In this document: piece after piece, positions 1 through 13,010 of the stretch | How the letters are laid out: each line of letters opens with the position of its first letter | How positions within the stretch are numbered: position 1 is the stretch's first letter | From: Hyphochytrium catenoides | Lineage: Eukaryota > Protista > Hyphochytriomycota | Direction: 5' to 3' | NCBI GenBank assembly: GCA_900088475.1 | Contig: FLMG01001116.1 | Span: 1 to 64,000, forward strand | DNA: 64,000 bases | Notes under the pieces: generated by a model | The model's input: the letters and a program-made list of their open reading frames with translations, nothing else | Told to the model about the DNA's origin: nothing | Database searches by the model: none | Program-made: the position numbers and the translations under genes

Positions 1-186
1 GTCTAGTAGTTTATACGAGACACAGTTACTCTCCAGAACAACTAGACAACGTGCTAACTAGGAAACAGGGTCCCATAAGCTCTTCATACTCACTTCGAGT
101 ATATCAGTAGACCACATAACCTAAATAAGAGCGTCTTCAAATCCCATACATTATAACACAGCGTCGATCACGCTTCAACATTGGCG

Positions 187-1650
187 ACCTTCTCTTGCAG
201 GACACAGTGCTTGACATCTAAAGTCTTTGACTTTGGTCGTGAAGAGGAGCAGAGGACAATTGCGCTTTGGTTGTCCTAACTAATAGGGATGGGCAGCTGG
301 TTGAAGAAGCCAAGCTCGCCAAGGAACACACATTGCAGTGCTCTGCGACCTGGCTTGCGAACCAAAGAGAGACGCACTCCGCTTCGGTGGTTGACGACGC
401 TCTGAGAGATTGCTTCTTTGACTTCCATGCAAAAGCACCGCCGTTGAAGCTCAATAAATAGCCTGTGATAGACTTGCGGTCAGCTGGGTCGCTAGCCCAA
501 TCAGCATCGGCCTGGACAGAGAGTTGAATAGGGGTATCTCCCCCTAGACACAAGGAGTAGTCTTGGGTGGCCTTCAGGTAGGTGAAGATACGTTTGACAG
601 CCTCCCAGTGAACGTGGCGGAAGGTAGTGACGTGTTCGCTCACAGCTTGTACCGCATAAGCGATATCAGGCCGCGTGCACACCATGACGTACAGCAAGGA
701 ACCCACTGCTTGACGATAACGGGTGCGAGCCAACCGGTCAGCGTCATCATCAGAAAGAGGAATGGTAAAAGCTTTAGGCAAATACGTCTTAGGCACCGCT
801 GGGATAGGATTGGGGTAGGCATCAAGTAGATTGAAGCGCTCCAAGATCTCGGTAATATACTTCGACTGTCGAAGGTATATCTTCCTAGCAGCTCGATCCC
901 GCTTTACTTGGATGCCCAAGTAGTACTCTAACTCCCCCAGATCGGTGATGGAGAAACGAGCAGATAGCATAGTCTTGAGACCTGCAATTTGCTCGGTGGT
1001 AGGAGCAAAGAGGAGCATGTCATCCACGAAGACGCCGACGATCTCAAGGTCCTCAGGTCTCGAAGAGTGGCGCTTGACGTATACCCCAAAGTCACAAACA
1101 CTGCGCTGGAACCCTTGCTCAATCAGATAATGGTGCAGCATGTCATTCCACATCTTGGGGCTCTGGCGAAGACCATATATCGACTTCTTCAGCTTCCAGA
1201 CGTGATCTTCTTGTCCAGGGGCTACAAAGCCCGGTGTTTGACGCATGTACACCGGCTCGTCGAGATTGCCGTTCAGGAAGGCGGTCTTAATATCGACGTG
1301 ATGCACTTCTAGATCCAGCGTGGCTGCGAGCGAGAGAAGGCAGCGGACAGTGTCATGCCCTATCACTGGAGCAAAGACCTCGCTAAAGTCAATACCTTGC
1401 TTCTGTCGATTGCCAAGAGCGACTAGACGTGCCTGGTACTTGTCCACTGAGCCATCGCTATGCAACTTGACCCTAAAAATCCATTGCGAGCCGATAAGAT
1501 GAGTGCCGGGAGGTGGGGGGGCACTAGATCGTAAACCTCATGGGACTGCATTGATGTAAGCTCTGAGGTAATGGCGGCTAGCCATTCTGTGGCATGAGGT
1601 CCAGAGAGTGCCTCGCGGACTGTTTTCGGTTCAGAGACATGCAGCAGATT
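187..1650 (-). pseudogene. Copia reverse transcriptase-RNase H (RNase H truncated)
   Basis: EPKTVREAL upstream, then ORF 218-1465 with YQARLVA, HVDIKTAFLNG, LKKSIYGLRQSPKMW, FVDDML, YRQAVGSLLY, TRPDIAYAV, DADWA and SSTTEAE. The RNase H end is frameshifted and stops before the ADxLTK motif. Confidence 0.93.
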
Positions 1651-1806
1651 AGCCTGGCCTACTGGAAAAGAGAGAGAGTCTCCTTGTAGTAGTCTATCAT
1701 CACGACCACGAGTGATAGGACCAAGTGGAGAAGTGATTGTGGTCGAAGAGGACGGAGAAGAAGCTGCTGGATGATCTTCGTCTTCGCCAAGCTCGCTCGT
1801 CTCCGT

Positions 1807-3069
1807 TCAATCAGCAACGCTGCTCTCTGGCTCCGGCCCCAGACAGTCATTGGTGGGTTCCTCTGGACTTGCTTCGTCAGCAGAAGGTTCACTTTCTTTT
1901 TCTGCTTGTCTCGCTGCACTCGCTTCACCACTTACTTGCGCTGCTTCAGCGGCAGTTGCTGATTCGTTCCCTATGTTGGGAAATAAAGAGACATAGTCAT
2001 AATTTTGCTGTCTTTTTGCCTGTTTGAGTAGAAAGGCCTCAGAGCGAGACTCGTCGATAACCACATCACGCCGCACAGAGATTCTCTTGGTCAGAGGATC
2101 ATACAGTCGATAGCCATGGGTGCCAGAGTCATAACCTACAAAGATATACCGAGAGCTCCGCGCATCAAGCTTTCGCAGCATCGTCGACGGCTCTAAACCA
2201 TACGCAAGGAACCAAAGACGTGTAGATGATCAACATCAGGCGGCTTGCCGTACCACTTTTCGTACGGGGGTAGAGCCATCGAGTGAAGCAGTAGGACAGC
2301 GATTGATCACATGAACTGCGGAGGCCAATGCATCTGCCCAAAAAAAACGAGGTAGGTCAGTAGCAATCAGAAGGCATCTCGTCGCCTGCATGACAGTTCT
2401 CATCCAGCGTTCACAACAGCCGTTGCTAGAGGGGGAATAAGCAGGTGCAGGAGAGTGCAGGATGCCGCGGCGAGAGCACACTCTGCGTGCAGCACTGCTA
2501 ACGAACTCTCCCGCGCGATCGGAGCGTATCTCCTTCACGCGCTCACCCGTCTGGTACCCCATGGAAAGGATGAGTTCCTCCAACTTAGCTTCTGCTTCTC
2601 CTTTGCTCCGAAGAAATTGCACAAAGCACCTCCGAGAGTGATCATCCTCCACGAGCAGAAAATGAACATAGCCTTGATAGCTACGAGTATTGGCAATGCC
2701 AACGTCGGCGTGCAGAAGTTCCAGCAGTCTTCTTGTTGCCTTACGGGGCTGAGCGTGATAAGGCTTACGAGTTAGCTTCGCAAGAATGCAGGTCTCACAA
2801 AGACAGAGCTGCTGAGAAGCTCTATCAAGGGCTATACCGGAAGCCTGCAGGGCTAGTCTGCGAATATCTGTGTGGTTAAGATGATTAAGCCGTTTGTGCC
2901 ACAGGGTGATAGGCTCTTGCTTGCTCGTAGCTGCGGCTAGTCTTAGAGAAGAAGAGTCACTTTGTACCGGTGCATCGTCAGTGTCCGAGGAGTAATAAAC
3001 GGTTCCATTGGTCAAACCAATACGTCTCACTTGTTCTTGTGAGGTTAACTTTGCAATGTCCTTGACCAC
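1807..3069 (-). pseudogene. Copia integrase (HHCC, DDE core, C-terminal SH3-like region)
   Basis: LWHKRLNH...CETCILAK zinc finger; LLHADV, RSDRAGEF and SNGCCERWMR catalytic motifs; FWADAL...INRCP. KLDARSSRYIFVGY...GYRLYDP follows in the next frame (1807-2181). Confidence 0.92.
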
Positions 3070-6000
3070 TGAAGGACTGAGAGTGTCAGCTCCATTTGAG
3101 GTAAATTACACTGCTGCACCAGAGAAGTCTTGGATGTATTGTCCAATAGAGAGAAGATGCGTGACAAGGCTCGGGTTCATGATGGAGGTAGCCGGGAACC
3201 CACTGATAGCTCTGGTCTGGACTCGGAGAGTTTGGCACTGGGCGGCGCTCGCCACGATGCGGTCGTATTGCTTCAGTTCCATAACAGTAATGACTGCGCG
3301 TATAGTAGGATCCATGGGGTCCGTATCTCTCGTAGTACATAACACCCGCGTCCTCCTCTGATTGTGAAGACCTTCGCGTTCCTCCAGGTATAAAGAGGTC
3401 AGGGTAGGACTGTGACTGGCTAGAGGTTCGGCCGCCATACTCTCCCTTGTGCTCATCCTGATAAGAGGCATAGTATGGCATGGCGTAAGGAGTTTGTTGG
3501 TCAAAGCTGCTACGCCTTGTGCCTCTCCCATCTGCCGCAGGAGGTGGAACATCCCTTGGGACGGAAAATAGAGATGGGAGTTTCCTTTTTTTGCTCTCAG
3601 GGACTGTTGGGAATGCTCGAGAAGACATCCCAGGCGACGAGGTGCAGGAATAGTCGTAACCGTCCTGGCGTTGGAACCGGCTGCCTCGATGGTATGCCTC
3701 TTCCGGGTAGTAGACAGTGTGGTTTGGAGCTAGGCCCGGTAAGAACTCCCGGTTACAGTCCAAGGCCTGATAATCTAAGTCCGTGTGGCGGGAGTACTCG
3801 TACCTCGCGTTGTTGTTGCTACTGCTCCTACTGAGGGTGGGAGGATATTCTTTCCACTGAGGAAGAGGCATGGAAACACGGCGATAAGCCACAGCCCGGT
3901 GGTGCTGATCACCGGTTCCGGTAGCATCTAAAGAGCTTGTTCTGGTTCGTATGGTTGAGTTGTTATACTCCTGATGGGGTGAGATACTATGGTTCCGAGT
4001 TTGCGGTTGGTGATGAAGCTGATAGACGGAGTCCGAGATGCTCATCTGCCTCAAGGATGAGGGCGGAATCGATGGCCTGCTACCCGTAGCTCGTGATGGT
4101 TGGCCACAAATTTCTTCCTCATCTGTAGGAACCATGATGTGGGCGTCTCAGTGCAATATTACGGTGCCGTTCTTGTTAAACCCTTCAGGCTGACGGAGCA
4201 GTCCACTGTGCCTTTCACGTATGTGATGTCGTCAATGCCTGAGGCCTGTACTCGAGAAGGGCTTGAAGCTATCAACAACTCCTTGTCGGTCTCTATATAT
4301 CCCCACCAAGCAGCTGCTGTAAGGAGAGGCAGCCTTATTTTATATGCTTCCAGCGGGTTACAAGCTACTAGACAAGAGGAAGAGGATCGCTGCCTACGAA
4401 AGGCCTTTTTAGGCGATGATGTAGATCTCAAGAGTAGAAGGCCTCTACCATTAGAGCCCTGGGCTTCGTGGAGTGAGATCTTCCGGCTGAGTTTGCTTCT
4501 GGCATCATCATTTTTAGATAGGTCAGTCAGAACAGATGGGGGACGAGTCCCCGACTTTGATGAGCTCGAGAGCAAGCGACGACAGCGGCAATGCCAACGG
4601 CAACTCCAACGCACCGCTATGGGCCCAAGTACAACTACAAATGCTAGTGCTGTCTGTGGTCGGCCCCAACACTGAGGAAAGAATGTTATCACCAGATGAC
4701 TTGGACATAGCCAAGATAACGTCCAGCAATAGACTCTAATAACGAAGAGCCAAGTACAAGTTCCTTTTGGTGGGTGGGGGCGTCAGAGCAGGAGAGGGCC
4801 GTAGGTCGCAAGGTGCATAATCGTAATGAAAGCAAAAGGAGGCATAAAAGGAAGCTCAAGAAACAGAAGGTAGACCGTGGAGAGTGGAGACACACGAAAC
4901 AGAGGAAGCGCAATCCCAAGACGGAACAGAGGAGAGAAGAGACAGGGAATAAGAATGGTCAGAAATCTGAACCGAAGAAGAAGAGTAACAACCGCCAGCA
5001 ACCGCAGTTGCCCTCACACTTTTGTTAAGGAACATAGGGAGATAATAGAAGAGTGCAACGGTTAAAGTGTCCCTCTCGTGATATCCTCAGGGTCAGACGT
5101 GTATAGGAGTCACCACTGAGTGCCACATCATTATGGTCTGGAGTAGTACTACACCTACACGACTCTTTTGCTACAAAAGGACGCTTTCTTTCTTATGAAC
5201 AGAATGGGTGAGAAAGACGTTTGAACCGCACAAACCGCAGGCCACAACCTTGTTTCCTTGGAGTCTCGAGTCACACTTCTGTTCCATACCCAGCTTGCCC
5301 TTGATTTTACCACGGGGTTCGCATTCTTTCAGCAACTATAAGTGCTCGGGTAGGAGAGGCTAGACCCTAAGAGCTGATCCCTTGCAGATATCACCGTTTA
5401 TTGGATTGAGTTGGTACCAGTTGTTACTCTCTATTCCTTACCCGGACCCCTTGCAACTTCCCTATGTGATGAGGTTTCATTGACCCCTGTGCGGTGCGGT
5501 GCGACTCTACGTCTCCCTCTAATCAAGTGGGCAAGGTATCTACTGCCAAGTAAGAAGAAACAAAGGATATTGTAGTTCAGCATTCAGCATGGAGTTACCA
5601 GAGTGTGTCGTGCATAAGAGTCTCGTCTCCTTTCCGTACAACCCCCATTGTCTCGGACACGTTATCAGTATAGTTCTAATCTGTTACAGTATTGTCCCCT
5701 GTAGGCGTAGATAGCTCTAGGGGTAGTCGTGGCCATTATTATTATCACAGAAAGAGGTACTGTCACGTAGTAGTTCTACTACCGTTTTACATTAAGTCTC
5801 AAGCGGCGAATGATCCCAGCCTTTGAGGGGATTCCGTACAGTCCCGTCCTCTGCTAAGATCCATTAACCTAAGAGACAACCTAAGAGCCCTCTGAGCGTA
5901 GTGTGCAGCTGATTGGTCAAGCTCCTGCCCATAGGATGTGTGGGTGCAGCGGTTTACCTCCTTCCATAACTGGGATGGGTAGGCCACCACCAAACTTCCG

Positions 6001-7967
6001 TCCGTTCCCTTTCAAAGAGCTGCCATTGGTTGTCAGATGTGGATCATCGTCCTTCTGAAGTCCCCCTGAGCGTAGAAAGAAGCTCTCCTCGGCTAACGGG
6101 CGACCGTCAATGGGTCAAAAGGTTACACGCAAGGAACATGGCAGTATACCGCTAGGAAGGCGTATGTGTTCGGATGCCTGAGAACAAAAAAAGAGGGAAG
6201 GTACAGGTGAGAGACGGAAAGGATGTAGAAGAAGGTAACGTCTCAAAGGGACAATAACTTTAGTCACCTCGCCTCCTTGCAAGGCTTTGTTTCTCTCTTC
6301 GCGCATCTTTTCGTGGACTCACACTGTCCTAGGAATCATCAGTTTTGCCTCTAGTAGGACACGGGCGAGACAGGGAGCGAACCGAGGATGACGATATTCT
6401 GCGTAAAATGCAAAGATTTCTATGGGATAGGTGTTCACAAAGATCAGAGAGCAGAGAGTCCCTGCTTCTTGTCTCTCATAGACTACGACGAGAGAAGCCC
6501 AACTAACGGAAAGGATGAGATTATTCCTTCTGGGATCACGATTGTGAGGAATAACGCCCACCACCACCACTTGCGTTGTATCGCTGTAACCGACCAAAGC
6601 CGATGATGGCGGACTCTCTTCTTCTCCTCTTCGTCCTAATTGGGTCTATCTTTATTACACAGAAAGAAGTTTATTACCGTCGTCAGTAGTGCACCACCGC
6701 TACTCTCAAAGAAGCCGTGGTGTTGTTGCATGCTCCACAGAAGAAGGAAAGGCTACCATGGTCTTGCCGATCTCATCACTGCATTCGATAGGCTCTACCC
6801 TTCTAGCTGACATGTCACAAATAGAAGATTGGACCATAAAGTCTCATCAGACGGTGTTGCGTATTACTATCATGAAGTCTGGTGGTAGTAGGTAGTGAAC
6901 AAATAAATGCCATTAATAGTTGTCCGTCGCTTGAACAACGTCGCAAAAGCGTGGTGGATGACGGCTTTCATTAAGCTTCTAGGTTGTTGACGCTCTTGGT
7001 AGTCCTGTTACGAGTGAAAGAGCCACCTTGGAGTACGATAGTAAGTAAGGTCACATAGACTATGTTTTGCGGCGGTTGGATTGCTGCGCTACGTCATGCT
7101 AGTGTCTTATGGTGGTAGGGCTAGAGTGAAGGTAGAAAAGATTGGATGGCACATACCAGCAGCAGTAGTATTCAAGTCGTCCTAGAAGGCGATTGAAGGG
7201 TTGTTGATAGTAGAATCTTCTTAGGTAGATGGAGATCACCGCCATTATTGTCACTTGTCTCGGTCCTTCGTCCAGAGAACAACAATGATGAGTGTGCGCG
7301 TTCATTCAACAATAAGGTTATTTCGAAGGTATCCTGCTAGCATTCCACCACATACACTCCACCTACCTGCTACCTTCCTCCTCTGAAATTAGTAGCACAA
7401 CAAGCAAGGAAGCGGAAGGCTATTGGGGCCGTGCATTCTATTATTTACCTTACCATTTAGTTGTTGATGAGCGTCTTCTTCTTCTTGGTCGTCTTGTTCT
7501 TTTCTTCTTATTCTTCGGTAGTAAGCTATTTTGTCTTTATTTTTAGTTCTTTTATGGACTCATCATTTATGCCTCTTAAGTGAGCTCTGCTGCGGTCACT
7601 TCCCGTCCCACTATGGTAGTAACAGCCTTACGGCATTGAATAGGCAATAAGTAATAAATAATGAGAGTAACTGGATGGCCACCAACCACCAGCCACCACC
7701 ACAATAATACCAGCTAGGCAGTACTACGTAGTACTATTTCCCGTACAAGAAGATAATAAGAATCAAAGTTGGGGGAGGACTACACAGCCGACGATCATCA
7801 TGTGAAAGATGTAAACTGCTGGTGGCCGATGATGTCATCATCAGAACTCAATATCTCTGTCTCATCAATGGATGGTTCGTTCCTTCTCTCTAAAATCATT
7901 ACAAATGTACGATGTCACTCGCTGTCACCAGCACTAGCCCAGTATTCTTCACATCACAACTTGAACA

Positions 7968-8003
7968 GTTACGACGGCTTTTGACTGTTACGACGGCTTT
8001 TTG
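7968..8003. repeat. Short tandem duplication (GTTACGACGGCTTTT, period 19)
   Basis: Seen directly at 7968 and 7987. Confidence 0.8.
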
Positions 8004-8896
8004 CCAGGTATGACAGGTATGAAGAAGAAGAATTTGGTCCCTATTATCGTCACCTAAATTTAACTTGAAAGACTGAATGAATATACTCCTTTGTGTGGCC
8101 AGAGGAGCAGTACTATTAGTACCTGGCTCACCATAATATCAGGCATACATCCATATCCCTAGCTGCACCGAGGGTAGAGATTACCTTGCTTGATAGTTGA
8201 TGATCCAGCAGTCAGGATAATGATAATTGTGCACTCATTTCTTTTTTTAATGCGTGGAGGAAGAGTTCCTGAGATAAGGTGAGCCGTGGCCAAAACTAAG
8301 CGTTGTCAATGCTTTGTTGTCACCTTTCATATTTTGGAAAAGGAAAAGGTATGAACCATTGTTAGCAACAGCGAAGCAAAAACTTAATAGATTAATCGTG
8401 GAAGCCGCCAATAGCAATGTTCACGGGGCCCCAATGATAGCTGGTGCACCCACCTCCTAACTGCTATGCGGACCCCACCTTATTAGAGCAAGAAACATGG
8501 GCATATCATCTAACGGCTTGTTAGACAGATGGCAGTAGGCTGGTAACAGGCAATCTCTGTACGGAACGAGGTCTCAAACGAAAGATGCATCCGAGATAGT
8601 GAGAGAGAAGAGGCGGGTAATAGGTACATTAACCTTACAAGAAGAATAAGCATCGACCATTATCCTTCCTTGTTACACATTGGAACTAATAAAGCTTTTG
8701 ATTGCCTATATTATATATTCACAGTGGCCAACTCAACAACGGGCATAACGACTGGCCTTAGATGACGGCATCACTACATCATTAGCCATAGTCGGTACTT
8801 TATATACAAGGGTGATAATGTCAGCTGGTGGAGCAATTTGTTTCCTCAACCATGTGCTAGACACGTCTAGTCACATGTAGTCGTCGGGGTCACCTA

Positions 8897-10162
8897 CTAG
8901 CAAGCAGCCGTCTTCACCGCAGTTGTGCTCTCCGCTACGCGCCACTGTGGTGAAACTGGGGCAATGACTGCCTGCTGCTGGTAGCTCATCATCACCTGTT
9001 CCTCCTTCACTGGATAAGCCGGAGCCACTGGAGTGCTCATAGCGCGACAGTACACGGTGTTTGCAGTCGAGGCCGATGTTGCTGTATCTCCCGCCAACGT
9101 CGAAAAGTAGGGGACTGGCAGAGCAAAACTAGGTTCCGACTGGGCAGACACTACCATCCTTTGACGCTTGGTCGTTGACTCTTCAAGTTTAAGCCTCTCC
9201 AGAGAATCCAGGAATCTCTTCTCTAGCTCGCTGAGTCGCAGCAGGGCCTCGGTCTGCTGCGCCTTTAGAGCTTGTTCTGCTTCTTCCGTCTCAGCTATTT
9301 TAGGCCTGAAGATCTTCTTGCCCAATTTCTTAGGGATAGCATACCCAGCGATCTCCAAAGAAGCAAGCTTCTTTGAGACTCTCATCGGGTTGCAGCGCAG
9401 CCTCTCTGCCAGGTAACTTCGGAGCGTGACTCCTGGTTCTAGAGGAAGAATGCCTTCCAAAAAGCACTCAGTCATCTTTCTGGTGAAGCGCTCCTCGTCA
9501 TAAGTCCACTTTCCTCTGCGCTCGTACGCAATTAATGTCTCACTGACTGCTGGAGGATAAGATGAGGTTGCACTTCCAGCGAAGTGATACATAACAGTGT
9601 ACGACTGGGGAGAGTGTTGAGGAGAGTTTGGCAAGGGAGGAAACTGGCTGTTATAAGTGTGGAAACCTGCCTGGCTGACTAGACTTTCTTGCAAAGGATA
9701 GCCGTATACACCATTGCTATTATGGCTGTTGTAGCTCATGGCTAGGGGTGAAGTAGGGTCTGGTTGTGGAAGAAGAGAGGGTAGCCGTCGCTTTCTAGAT
9801 GTCTGGGACTGCTCCATGGCGGCTGTTCTGCTTGGACGGGGCAGGATTGCGCAACTGCCTGTGATCCCCTGAGGGCGATTGGTCCAAGTTGGAGGGATAC
9901 GGTCTCCCGATGATGCGTAGTGATACTGCAAAACTTCCTCGTTGCTATGACGGTTGGGTGACCCAGAGCCATCAGGTCTATCTAAGGCAGCCTCTGTCGA
10001 GGCCAAGAAATGGGTAGACGGCGACGTAAGTGAGGAGCTGCACGTTGAAACGCTTACAAGTTCTCGCCTCCTCTCCTCCAGCCCTCCAGCGAGAATGTCA
10101 GACATTCTCATAGGCTGAGACCGCTCGGATGCGGATGCGTTTTTGAGGCTCCGGTAATACAT
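8897..10162 (-). CDS. Putative stramenopile-type DNA-binding/regulatory protein (RRGKWT...CxPMRxSKK family)
   Basis: Single coding exon with first ATG at 10162, just after a 5' UTR intron acceptor. Conserved block RRGKWTYDEERF...FLEGILPLEPGVTLRSYLAERLRCNPMRVSKKL, then a coiled coil, with low-complexity flanks. The family is recalled from oomycete/diatom hypothetical proteins; its function is inferred. Confidence 0.8.
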   Translation of the reverse strand: MYYRSLKNASASERSQPMRMSDILAGGLEERRRELVSVSTCSSSLTSPSTHFLASTEAALDRPDGSGSPNRHSNEEVLQYHYASSGDRIPPTWTNRPQGITGSCAILPRPSRTAAMEQSQTSRKRRLPSLLPQPDPTSPLAMSYNSHNSNGVYGYPLQESLVSQAGFHTYNSQFPPLPNSPQHSPQSYTVMYHFAGSATSSYPPAVSETLIAYERRGKWTYDEERFTRKMTECFLEGILPLEPGVTLRSYLAERLRCNPMRVSKKLASLEIAGYAIPKKLGKKIFRPKIAETEEAEQALKAQQTEALLRLSELEKRFLDSLERLKLEESTTKRQRMVVSAQSEPSFALPVPYFSTLAGDTATSASTANTVYCRAMSTPVAPAYPVKEEQVMMSYQQQAVIAPVSPQWRVAESTTAVKTAAC

Positions 10163-12975
10163 GCTGCTGGAAGCCTTCAAAAAACCTCTGACGGCATACC
10201 AGTTGAAGCACTGGTTAAAAGCAATTGGGATGCCTTACCCGTAGGTGGAAGTATTAGAAGTGAGACAATAAAGATCAGATGTTATATGACTGAGTTTGCA
10301 AACTGTCACTGCTGTTGCTCTTTGGCCAGAAAGGGCTTCTGGCAGCAGGCAGCAGACATGTACAAGTGTACAGTCAAGCCACTACTGTAAGAAAGCTGGA
10401 TAAACTCAGCCTGGCTGCTTCTGTTGATTGATCGCTTACTTCTCCTCTCGGCCATTTATTATCACATACTGAGTATGTCAAAGAGGACAATGAGAATTGC
10501 TCTGCCTTTCGCCTGCAGTGACTGAGAGCTCGGTAGGTAGAGGGGACGGAACAAGTCAGATCCTATCAATGGAGCTCATACATAGAACTACCAACTACGG
10601 GCGTGTATCCTCATACATACATAACGACATGACGAGATGTCGCGGGTGCCTACCTCTCCTTTTATTTTCCTACTAGGCTTTGTTTCGTGCTTTGTGAATG
10701 AATAAGTTGCTTGTGCTAACAGACAGAAAGAGACAGGATATATGGCTAATCAGACGGCAAAGCCGAGGTGCCACCAGAGACAGAGCCGACAAGCGAGACA
10801 GAGAGCGCGAAAGAGAAGAGAAAATACGACTGCAGAAGTATATAAAAAGTGAGTTGAGACAGAGACAGAGCGAGAGAGAGAAAGTGAGAGGCAGTGTGTC
10901 TTTTATTGATGCGACGACAAGAAGGTGCGGCGGCTTCTGATTGGATGAGGGGAGTTGATCATCACTAACTTGGAAACAACTCGAAAGATTTCCACCTGAT
11001 AAGTTTAGGTTTCAAAATAGCTTCACCAATATTTCCACCATGAATCCTCGTTACCAAGCCAATATTTCCATCTGGACAGAGTCCTGTACTTTTCAGATCA
11101 CCATACCTCCCAACAGCTGCCCAAACAGCTTCTCAAAATCCACCAGGTACCCCAGGACTCATACTATTATTGTGCTAGCTTATTACCTCGGTATGACGTC
11201 AGAGAGGCATATTACTACATTAGAACTGAGGGGCAGGTGTGAAAGGGAAGAATCCCCACGTGTCTAATGAACGGAGAATCCCAGCCAATCAAGGCACACT
11301 AGTCATCTTCAGCAGCTCTGTGATTGGCTGTCTGCCCGTCATCATCGCCTGAGATTGAAAAGTCAAGTCCAGGGCAAGTGCGGCAAAAGGTTCCAAGAAG
11401 AATCTTCAATCTTTGTACGGAGCTCGAGGATAACTCGTGAGATGTAAGTAGAGAAGGAGGGCAAGTTCCCTGTGAAAGGACGAAGCTTGGGTTCTTGGGT
11501 TGGTGTCATTCAAGACGCGAGATTCGTTGGAGGGTGATTGTATCTCTCCTGAATTCACGGCCCTGCTTCCCCTTGGTAGCTTCCTTTTGCCTTCATTCTT
11601 TGCACACGGTGGGAGCGTTGTACACAGTGGAAGCTTCTGTTTACTTTGTTACTTTGAGCTTACAGGAGATGGAAGACTTCAGGAGGACCTGGGACTCCGA
11701 AAGAGCTAGCACCTGATGAGTTGTTCTACAAGCAATAGCGGCAAAGGACTCGCTTACCCTTGCTCGTAAGCGTTATCTTGGAACAAGAGGAACTTTATCT
11801 CTCTGTGTGAAACTCTAGCAGCTTGGCGTCTTCGAATCTTTCATAACCTAATTAGGCTACTTGTTCCTCGAGCTCAGCAGATGTAGTTCTAGATGAGAAT
11901 AAACGAGACGGAAGTCACCGCAGTAGACTATCACGATGTGAGAGCCACGTTACGTGAAGCTTGTGAATATCAGCTACCAGAGCTGGAGCTATTATAGATT
12001 AAAGAGCAAACAAATAGTAGGCCCAGCAGTTCATTGAATAGATGACAGATCTATCAGCTACATACAACCAACGTGGGCCATTATTAGAGCTCTATGTTCT
12101 GTTCAAGAGAGAGGACGACCGTTGCAGACACAGGCTAGCCTTTGTCAACTTATCAAGAGACATGCAGTAGAATTGTTACATGTCACCCCCCACAACAGCA
12201 TCCGCATCTCTTTCCTGAAGTAGTGCCAGTCTTACTCCACCAGTGGCTTGCCAGGCCACAGCTACTCCTCACAATGCGTCCACTGCAAAAGGTAATAGCT
12301 TCAAATGAAAGAAGTGGTGCTGCATTAATGATAACCCTAGACAGTGAATACCTGCAGCAGTCGCTCTTCTCGCTCTCCTCCACTTCGCTTCTTGTACTTC
12401 AGACGATGCAGTTCTATTATTTTGTTAGTTCGGCGGTTTGTATAAGGCGGGAGTCAAGTGGATTGAAAGGACAGCCGCTAGCCATAAGAGATGTACTTGT
12501 GAAATCATCATGACATTACTTCTACTGCGACACAATGCCAAAACTTCCCATTAGAGTAACGCACGGCATGCTAGGTCTTATGCAGGTCCTATCAACTCAT
12601 AGCACGACACCTTTCCAACTTTGCAGATCATCGGCACGGTAAACCACGGCCTCCAAGGAGGTACGAAAAAGTAGTCGCTAGGAGTCCTTACTGGCACGTC
12701 TATTTGGTATGTGCCTATGCCTATATAATACCAGGCAGGGAGCAAGAACTAAGGCTGCTTTTACTTAGCTTTCAAGGAGGACCTATTCTCCTCCAAGTAG
12801 CAACCATTACGCCAGAATCCTTGATAAGTTATAAGCGCTCTGTGTCCCGCCATCTCGTCCTCATTCAGTTGCCCCATTGTAGTTATTATCTCTTTGTGTG
12901 TCCACGAATAGCGGCTTCTCTTCCATTCGGTGTCGTCCATTCTAAGCAGAAGGACCACCTGTTCGCAAGATATAC

Positions 12976-13010
12976 TGTTGAGGAATGAAAGATGTTGAGG
13001 AATGAAAGAT
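12976..13010. repeat. 17-bp direct tandem repeat x2 (TGTTGAGGAATGAAAGA)
   Basis: Perfect copies at 12976-12992 and 12993-13009. Confidence 0.9.

Larger units (their letters stand above)
187..4370 (-). mobile_element. Decayed Ty1/copia LTR retrotransposon internal region (gag-protease-integrase-RT-RNase H), frameshifted; LTRs not identified
   Basis: Copia domain order on the minus strand. Gag-like AYKIRLPLLTAAAWWGYI and TETPTSWFLQMRKKF at ~4360-4110; protease-like tail PSLVTHLLSIGQ at ~3150; then integrase; then RT-RNase H. Frameshifts near 2240, 1525 and 330. The boundaries are approximate. Confidence 0.9.

Noticed and set aside
67-83. PBS-like GCTTATGGGACCC on the minus strand
   Set aside because: Mismatched and located downstream of RNase H; cannot be supported without flanking sequence.
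4700-7000. 5' LTR, PBS or further gag sequence of the copia element
   Set aside because: No matching repeat pair or convincing PBS was found by eye, and the short ORFs show no recognisable motifs.
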